From contig JAVECL010000215.1 in the NCBI GenBank assembly GCA_051942245.1, positions 1 through 35,326 of the forward strand: a stretch of DNA of 35,326 nt, in the 5' to 3' direction. Below the pieces are notes generated by a model. It saw only the letters and a program-made list of their open reading frames with translations. It did not search any database and was not told the DNA's origin. The DNA is from Trypethelium eluteriae. Its lineage: Eukaryota. The first letter of the stretch is position 1. The number at the start of each line of letters is the position of its first letter. Of this stretch, positions 26,872 to 35,326 are shown in pieces. Made by a program: the position numbers and the translations under genes.

Positions 26872-27173
26872 GCTCACCTTTTCTAATTTGTCCCTCATCC
26901 TCCTTCTCATATATACCCCAATTCAACTTTGGCTCTCGCTTTCTCTCTTTCTCTGTAACTTTGGTCTCTTTGCCTCGGTTCGCTGCGCTCTACTGGCTTT
27001 TATCCTAAAATATTGCTCCCCGGCCCTCTTACGATAGGTTGAAGTCTCTTCCGTAATTGCATCCGCCAAGCATACTTTGCATTTCTTGGCACATTCGCCT
27101 CACGTAACTGGCTGCCTTTCTTTTCGCACATATACTCTTCACCTAGTTACGAATCTGGCCAAGCTAGGCAAAC

Positions 27174-28412
27174 ATGGCTCCTCGAAAATCGGGCACTCCG
27201 AGAAAACGGGGACCCCTGAAAAATCTTACAATCGCAGCCACGGGTGACTTCGGTTCTGACAAGCCTCACGACAAGATCAAGCAGTGGGTTGAGTATAACG
27301 GTGGGACATTCTCAAGTACTGTCGATACCCATACAACACACCTCATTGCTTCAAAGGATCATTGGAAGAAGAGGCTACCAATGGTCCGCAAAGCTATCCA
27401 CAAGGGAGATTGGATCAACATCGTGAACTTTGACTGGTTAGAAGATACGACTCAAGGCGGGAGAAAGCGGGCCGAGTCCAATTACTCATGGAAGAAAGCG
27501 GAGCAAATGAAGAAGAAAGATCTTCTAGAGAAGAGACGGAAAAAAGAACATTTGAAACGGGAGGGTCGTAAAGCAGGTAACAATGGGCAACGACTAAAGA
27601 ATGGAATTGCTAGCTGATATGGCGACAGTGGTGGAACAGTTCCACAAAGGCTGCAAATCAGCTATTGAAGACATCAATTCTGGTAGGCAGAGCTTCAGTC
27701 GAGATGTCAAAGAACAGTGCTGATACCCTATGACCAGACAACCATCATGTCTACCAGGATTCTACTGGATTTGACTATGACATCACTCTTGCACGACTTG
27801 ACGTCGAGAACAACAGGAATGAACGCTATCAACTCAAGGTATTCGCACACATTCCTCCGCAAGCGCGCTCATGCTAACCAAATACCTCCCCCGTAGCTCT
27901 ATGAATCCCACACCATCCCCAACACCTACGCTATCTTCGTCAAGTTCTCTCGCCCCCATCGCAAGCCGATCAACCAGCTCCTCATTCCCCAGGGCGCCTC
28001 TTTCGATGTTGCCTTCTCCCGCTTCCAAGATTTCTTCCGCAAGAAATGCAAGAAGCATTGGAGTCAGCGTCTTGAGCCGTCCGTCAAGCTCAAACCTACG
28101 ACCCTCAACTCCAACGACAGTGTCGTCGTTGACGAAGAGGAAGTCAAGGAGACTCCTGAGGACATCGAGACACGGCGTATCTATGGAGAGCTAGCTAAGA
28201 ACCCAGAGACCAAGATCATTAACGTGAGGGCCTTCAAGGAGAAGGAGGCGAAGCGAATGGCGGAGATGGAGCACCCATTTGTGTATGTGCGTCCAAAGCC
28301 GGGGAGGCCATTGGGTGTGTTTCCACCGGATAGGGGGCCGGATGGGGCCATGCCAAAAGAGATGGATGTTACTGAGGTGAGGGAAGATGATGCGAGGATG
28401 AGGCTGGGGTAG
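27174..28412 (+). CDS. BRCT domain protein with a WGR-like domain
   Basis: Exons 27174-27576, 27629-27682, 27738-27838, 27897-28412. BRCT (IAATGDF...WVEYNGG...TTHLI...IVNFDWLED), then YDITLARLDVENNRNERYQLKLYES...FQDFFRKKCKKHW, resembling the PARP WGR fold. Confidence 0.82.
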
Positions 28413-28849
28413 GTACGGCGTATGCTCGTGGGAAGCCCGGGGAAGGGAGCTTTGGGAAACGGCATTCGGAACGGAGATGCGATATTAAAACCTGAACATT
28501 TGATTACGGCATTTTGTACGGCATGCTTCTCTTTTTTACATTTGGTCGACGCGAGTGGGGGGCAGGAGCAGTTATATTGACAGGGAAATTCCCAGCAATC
28601 GGGCATTTCCAACAAAACCATAAAGCTTCTTATTGATAGGTATTCGGAACCATCTTTACCAGAGATTTTCAATAATTGCCCCCATCGCTCATTGATAGCA
28701 CAGATGGTATAGTACACTCTTTTTCCGTCAAATGCTTTAGGCGTGTATCAGGTGTCCCGTGCTCTTCGCCAGATGCAGCATGCACGAATTCGTACCCAGC
28801 GCCTTCTACTCTCCAAAGGTTGATTTCGTTCACCAGCCCAAGGTCTGAA

Positions 28850-29314
28850 CTAGTTACTCCTTGCTCCACCTTTGGCAGCCCGTATTTCATCCATCTTTGC
28901 GACCCTCTTCTTGAACTCTTCATACTGGCATTTCTCGTACGAATGTCTCTCGGTCTGAAATTTGCAGGTCAGTCAAAAATTGGCCGAACATCTTTCAATT
29001 TCCTAAAGTTCGGCAATGAACGAAGGGCGTACCTCGCATTTCCAGGGTAAGAAATACTGGTCGTATCGACAGCGGTTGAGTGGTATCAGAAGATGTGCGC
29101 AGCTGTCTCGATATGCTAAGGGTAGTTTGGCTTCTGACATCTGCTCCCTCGTAGCAGCTACTCCCAATCGACAGTCAGTGAATGGCTATCGAGATGTTTG
29201 CATTTCCAAACGGTATCGTCACTCAAACAAGATGTGACACTCACGTCCTTTGGGAGCTCCATGCTCATCGTGGCCCAGTCCCACAGCATCCTTGATTGTA
29301 TCCATGACCGTCAT
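28850..29314 (-). CDS. NDUFB7: NADH:ubiquinone oxidoreductase B18 subunit (99 aa); not in ORF track
   Basis: Exons 29314-29245, 29157-29033, 28954-28850 with GTGAGT..TAG and GTACGC..CAG introns. Translation ATREQMSEAKLPLAYRDSCAHLLIPLNRCRYDQYFLPWKCETERHSYEKCQYEEFKKRV has the twin CX9C motif. Confidence 0.95.
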
Positions 29315-29481
29315 GGCGATGGGAACGGGGAAGGTTGTTCAATTGACCTCCCAAGCCGTCTTCAGAGCACGACGTTGGTGACCGCGGTGTCCAATTAAGG
29401 TTGTGGCGCACCAGAAGGACACGAACCAATCACCACAATGACGGGCGTTGCGCCATCGGCCATGTCCAAGACTCGCCGAGG

Positions 29482-29492
29482 GCGCGACGCGT
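29482..29492. promoter_or_regulatory. MCB element in the NDUFB7 / Mbp1 divergent promoter
   Basis: GCGCGACGCGT, containing ACGCGT at 29487-29492; further TTCGCG at 29503-29508. Confidence 0.5.
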
Positions 29493-29734
29493 GATGCCCT
29501 CGTTCGCGCTTCATCACGCACTCGCCTTTCGAATCTGCCCAATTTGACTCGATCCCAGCGCACCGCTTTCGCCCGCCCTTACGTCTCAGCATCTGGCCCG
29601 GCTTCTCACCCTTTCTCTATACTGTCTGCTGCGCTCGGAGTTGCACGAAAATTGCCTCGTTTCCCTATTCTACCGCATGCGATAGCCAATCAGCACCGCT
29701 AGCCCCGCTGCCACACCTGCTCCCGTTGGCCAAT

Positions 29735-32033
29735 ATGCCCGCCGACGGGCAGGGCAGAATCTACTCTGCCACGTACAGTAATGTATGTGCTGTCTAGCCC
29801 CTCACTCTCCACCTTGGCCCTAATTGTCTCTTCAAGGTCCCCGTATACGAGTACAGTGTAGGCGGAAACCATGTAATGCGCCGTCGCTCCGACGATTGGA
29901 TCAACGCAACGCATATCCTTAAAGTCGCCGACTTCGACAAGCCTCAAAGGACTCGGATTCTGGAGCGCGAAGTGCAGAAGGGTGTTCACGAAAAAGTTCA
30001 AGGTGGCTATGGAAAATACCAAGGTGCGACTCGGAATAGTAATTTTTACATACAATGCTTATCTCATACTGTCCTAGGCACTTGGATCCCCTTACACGAT
30101 GGTAGATCGCTCGCAGAGAAGAACAATGTCCTGGATCAGCTGCGACCCATCTTCGACTTCGTGCCTGGAGATCGTAGTCCTCCACCAGCACCGAAGCATG
30201 CGACAGCTGCTTCCGCCAAGCCAAGAGCACCTCGACAATCAGCACAGAGTCGCAAAGTGCATGGTACGTCTCCATTCCTTGAGCTGGTCAGATTCAGCAT
30301 TGACAGATACTGCAGCTCCGAGTCAAGTCAGCGAAGACGTTTACGATGCGCATCTGAACGGTGATACGCCAGATAATGAAACTATTGCCTCCGAGTCCAT
30401 GATGGGTGAAGATGAGATGGGTCAATATACTGGTTCTCGCAAGCGGAAACGAGGAGCTGATTTCCCTGATGTCATGAGCCTCCAGGACCAGCAGCACCAA
30501 CTATGGGCTGATGAGCTCCTTGACTACTTCATGCTGCACGAGTCCGACAACTCCTTCCGCGCCCCACCAGAGCCCCCGATGAATATCGATGTGAACCGGC
30601 ATATCGACGAAAAGGGTCACACCGCACTACATTGGGCCGCAGCCATGGGTGATATTGGCGTGGTGAAAGATCTCATTCAACGGGGCGCTCGTACAATGCA
30701 AGCCGCTCACAACGGAGACACACCTTTGATGCGCGCAGTTATGTTCACGAACAATTATGACAGACAAAGTATGGACAAACTCTTTAGGTTGTTACAAGAT
30801 ACTGTTGGGCAGACAGACTGGTACGGGTCTACCGTGTTTCACCATATTGCTGCTACTACGCAATCAAAGTCAAAATTCAGATGTGCAAGATACTATCTCG
30901 AGACGATCGTCAACCGACTTTTCGATACTTGTGCGCCGCATGAGATTGAAAGATTACTCAATATGCAAGATAATGGGGGAGATACTGCGATGCATCTCTG
31001 TGCCCGACACGGAGCGGGTAAATGCTTGCGCTCCCTGCTAGGTCGCAATGCTGCAGTCGACATACAGAATCATTCCGGACGCACTGGCGACGATGAAATT
31101 CAACTCCTTAACGGTCGCCGCCAGAATCGACGTCAACTCTCGTCATCCCCCTTCCAGAACTACACAGACGGCATCGGTGGCCCAAGTACCCTCAATGGCA
31201 ATACCAACGACATCATTGTCGCCAATGGAATCTCTACCCTGTCCTCTTTCCCCACCACGAACGCTTTAATGAACAGTCTACCCAGCCCCCAAACCCAGCA
31301 CCGCTGCGAAGCCGCCCTCACCCTTTCGCAGCAACTCCCACACCTCCTCCTCTCCAAGACCGAAAAGCTCGCCCAACAACTCGACGCCGAAGTCACAGAG
31401 CGCGACGTCGAGCTCGCCGACTCCGAACGCCTCGCCCGCCAACGGCAAGAAGAAGTCGACGCCCTCCGCCTGCAGATCAAGGGCCTCGAGGACATCGTCG
31501 GCACCACAACCACCACCACCCATAGCAGCAGCGGTGGCGGTGGCATCGCAAACGGCAATGACGTCGCCATCACCCTCGACCCCAACCTCCCAGATGAAGA
31601 AGACGAGCGCCAAGCCCACGAACTCGACGAGCTACTCCGCGAGGCCGAGAGCGTAGTCGAGCACGAGCAGCTCCTCGAGCTCGACCGCCTCCTCGAACCG
31701 CACGGCAAACACGCCGCGCGAGATGCGGGGCCCGGCGGTGGAGGGGATCCGTTGCTCCACCAGCAGCAGCCCATCGATCCCATGGCGCTGCAGGATGCCG
31801 GGGCGCTGCAGGAAAAGCTGCATCTGGCGAAGCTGCTGGCGGGCGCACAGCAGGAGCGCCAGATGCTGGTTAGGGAGGTGGTGCAGGGTTTGGCGGCGGC
31901 GGGGATGGGCGAGCGGCAGATGGAGTATAAGCGGTTGATTACGGGTGCGTTGGGGGTGCGCGAGGAGGATGTGGAGGGGATGCTGCCGGAGATTCTGAAG
32001 GAGCTGGAGGAGGTGGCGGTGGAGAGGGGGTAG
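29735..32033 (+). CDS. MBP1: APSES (KilA-N) plus ankyrin G1/S transcription factor, Mbp1/Res2 type
   Basis: Exons 29735-29782, 29837-30023, 30078-30263, 30316-32033. [49 protein letters not shown]; ankyrin repeats [12 protein letters not shown] and [11 protein letters not shown]-terminal coiled coil. Confidence 0.92.
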
Positions 32034-32335
32034 AGGTAGGGGGAAAGGGTATATCGGTATTTGTGCACACAGCACTCCCGAGTGATGGATTGAGCGTCAA
32101 AGAGTTGGTTTTGCGACTAGGACCAGTGTGTAAGTGTCCTGTTTCCCGTCATGTTTGGGCATTGACGTGAAAGTCTACTTGATGGGGCATATCTAAGCAT
32201 GGCGTTGGCGGAATATCCAATCTGTCTGATCGAGATCTGAAATGAGATCTCCGAAAGTTGACTTCAAATGTTGATGTCCCAATAGTCTATCTCAAACGAA
32301 GCGTATTTACACGGCTGAACAACAAGGGATATCGT

Positions 32336-34094
32336 CTACATATTGATGCCATCATAGGAATTCATTTCATATCGGATTTCAGATTCAGGTTTGTGGTATT
32401 TCCTGGTTGAATAGTACCAGATGGCCAGCGCGAGGACTGTGACAGGGACAGTGACGGCGAAGAAGATCCACAGCTCCCTGACGAAGCTCAAGTGTGGAGA
32501 CGCGGAGCCGTTCGGGGTGATGGTGAAGAAATTGGTACCGAAGAAACTCTAGTCTAATCAGCATGTAATTGAACAGGGACAGAAGCAGGACGGGTAGCGA
32601 GAAAGTCACTTCTTACTGAAATGAATGATCCAGGCAGGAATATAAGAGTAAGTAGTGACACGGTCGTTGACAAGGACTGATTCTGACCTCTTAAAGATTC
32701 TAGGTCTTTTGCGGTTCGTTTCAGTTCGTCCAATTGGCTAGTCGACTGCTTCATCTCCTGTACTTCCACAGTATTGAATACCTGTGTACAATTAGCAGAG
32801 ACCGATGCCTGCGAACCACAGGGGATCTAACAAGTCTTATCTCGTTCTGAAGACGTTCTTCAAATGCCTTGGCTCTCGAACGTAGATTAGTTAAAAGCTC
32901 GGCGAAGGAGTGCAGAGACCTCTGTGTGTTCTCCTCCGCTTCCAAGAGCGCCTTCCGCCGAGAGTCAATGGACAGAATATACTTTTCATGGTCTCGAGCC
33001 ATTGTCCGCACCGTCCTCGAAGCAACATCGAGAGTTTCTTTTGCGTGGATGATATGACGCTCGAACTCGTGCATGTTGATGTAGCGCTTTGTAAGTTTCT
33101 TGGAATCCCGCTCGCCAGGACTCAATCGCCGCTGAAGATGTTAGCAATGTCCGAATTCGCACAGGCGGGTGAATGAACATTCTCATAAGCCCGCATGGGA
33201 CTGCGAAAGCCCCAAACCGCGTCATCGTATCTTCTCGTCAGGAGTTCTAAGAAAACTTCATAGACTCCAAAAGGACCGGGTGCAATTTGGTCAGCATCCG
33301 TCGCTTCGAAGGCCTGGATCGTTTGGCATTGCACGTCCTCAGCAAAATCGAAACAAAGCAGTATTTGGGAGTATGTGTCACTGTCGCCATTACCAAGGGT
33401 TTCCAGTCTCGTCCATACACTGTGAAGACCGAAGAATTCCCAGGTATAGTCCATCAATTCTCTATCATCTTCATGCATTGTTACGCCGGTCACTGTCGTC
33501 ACATGGCCAGGTTTGAGAACTGTTACCGACTTCAAAAGAAATCGGACAGACGAACCTAGAAATCAGTGCGATGTACCTTACATTATCGCAAGAAAAGCAT
33601 ACAGTAGCTGTATCCGACTTTGTCACTTGACAGACAACTCGTTCGAGATCTGCAGAAACCATTTGCATCCCAACCCGTCTTGGTCCAGAACATGTCCGGA
33701 ACCCCAAATTTCTTTGAGAGCTGCTTCCGCAAAGGGTCTTCATTATTGTAGAGAGTTTCCACTTTGGCTGCTTCTGGGAATATACTATGACAAGTGAGTT
33801 GGCGTTGGGAAGACGGTAGCAAATAGACACTGCTCACTATATACGGATACCAGGGGTCGCAAGTATCTAAGCACCATGTGAGTGCTGGATACAGAACAAA
33901 ATGAGTCGATAGGCACTTACATCGGTGTTGAGTACTTCTTCAACTGTGGGCTCTTCGTGCGACCACTCTGACCTATACCGTGTTCGTACTGACAGGTTTT
34001 CGATGCTAACACCCAAATTCACTTACAATCTTCCAGGAATCCTTTGTATACAGTCAACTTTCAACGACTGCGTGTCAACTAGCGAAGAACTCAT
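32336..34094 (-). CDS. CorA-like membrane protein (fungal Mg2+/metal transporter-like family)
   Basis: Exons 34094-34027 (tentative), 33972-33921, 33866-33838, 33784-33603, 33555-33179, 33131-32832, 32781-32617, 32548-32336 are phase-consistent. C-terminal LLTLIFLPGSFISSFFGTNFF...WIFFAVTVPVT is the CorA two-TM module. The 5' end is uncertain. Confidence 0.78.
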
Positions 34095-34863
34095 GACGCA
34101 ATGCAGCTTCCAAGAACACTTGAGTGTTTGTCTCCATAGCTAAGCAGTATGCCCGATATATAAGGGAGTCACCTTGCCTAAGGTACCTACAGCTTCGCCC
34201 CACGAGGCAGAAATGCAGGCAGAAATGCATTGCCCTACATCGGGCTGATTCTGCTCGCATTCTATCGGCTTCATTAGGCTGGACGTGTTGTGAAGGATTG
34301 TTATTGGATATATTTGCACCATAGCATCTATAAATCCCCATCACAACTCATTTAAGGTAATAATTTGTTTGGGTGCCATTAAACTCTTGGGGGTTAAACA
34401 TCTATTTCCGCAGAGGGAATGGATGTGCGGCCGAAGTTCGGAGTGTCAGCTTTATCGCCCGCGTGCATACCGATGACGTACTCTAAGTAGACAGCTAAGG
34501 AGGTAGGTAGGTACCTAAGGGGAGACTGGACAATCGCGGAAGCAATGCAGGGCGCGAGATCCTGGAAGTGGACAACGGTTGGTTGTGACGACATGACCGC
34601 GGCCACAACTCCGACCTGCAAAAGATAAGAATTTGTGCGGCACAGCAAAGACTAACCCCATATATCAGATGTATAAGAAAAATCTCCACGTTAGTAATGC
34701 CTCAATCTGTGGCATCCATGGTGGATGCCACCAATGCTTCTCCCAGAGTGACAGGCTCTTGACGTCGGTCGACGAGGAGCTTGCAGGGAATCGCTGAAAG
34801 ATATATAGGCGTCATGGAGTCTCACCACAGCCCCTTTAAAGAGAACACACTTGTTCTAGTAAA

Positions 34864-35326
34864 ATGGCACAAATGAAAGCAATCGCTGTCGAGAAATACG
34901 GGCCAATCGAGAACATCATTTCCGTGAATGTTCCCAAACCAGCCGAACCTCAAGGCCATGACCTTCTTATCAGGTACCAGCCGTGTCAACTCACCTTCAA
35001 CCCGCAACAAAGCTTACCATTGAGGTCCGCAGAGTCAAAGCCTGCTCGGTCAACCCTGTCGACACCAAAGTCCGCGCCGGCACCTACGACGACTACCCCG
35101 ATTACTACACACGCGCACCTGCTCTCCCCCAAATCCTCGGCTTCGACGGCGCCGGCCTCGTCGAGCGCGTGGGCCCCGACGTCCCCGCCGCACGCTTCCA
35201 CCCCGGCGACGCCGTCTTCTACACCGGCAGCCCCATCCGCGCGGGGTCCAACGCCGAGTGGCAGCTCGTCGACGCGCGCAGCGTGAGTCCCAAGCCGCAG
35301 CGCCTGTCGTTCGTCGAGGCGGCCGC
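34864..35326 (+). CDS. MDR-family zinc-type alcohol dehydrogenase-like / quinone oxidoreductase, cut off at the window end
   Basis: Exon 34864-34973, intron GTACCA..CAG to 35032, exon 2 from 35033: VKACSVNPVDTKVR...ILGFDGAGLVERVG...GDAVFY...GSNAEWQLVD. Confidence 0.88.

Noticed and set aside
29427..29463. Alternative NDUFB7 first exon (MADGATPVIVVI)
   Set aside because: Exon 29314-29245 has a better donor (GTGAGT), a typical intron length and a more plausible sequence.
31160..32075. 302-aa and other antisense ORFs over the Mbp1 3' end; similar ORFs over Nup188 18094-19126
   Set aside because: Shadow ORFs caused by high GC3 and few stop codons.

Overview
Gene-dense, intron-containing DNA from a filamentous ascomycete (Pezizomycotina, probably Eurotiomycetes; taxon is inference). 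Splicing GT-AG introns by hand gives 15 protein genes: ERV41, an SDR, two small hydrophilic stress/spore-type proteins, an NmrA/isoflavone-reductase-like protein, a Yox1-like homeobox factor, a flavin amine oxidase, Sso1-type syntaxin, Nup188, trifunctional trpC, a BRCT+WGR-like protein, complex I subunit NDUFB7, an Mbp1/Res2 APSES-ankyrin factor, a CorA-like protein and a truncated MDR/quinone oxidoreductase. NDUFB7 and one stress protein are absent from the ORF track. The most interesting non-coding signal is the ~2 kb structured interval between the NmrA-like and homeobox genes. On the minus strand it has a telomere-like template (CACUAACCCCA) right after a boundary-type helix, a long-range enclosing helix and an intron-like 3' end. 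This makes it a candidate telomerase RNA, possibly with a non-TTAGGG template (unverified). No transposon, tRNA, rRNA or CRISPR was recognised.
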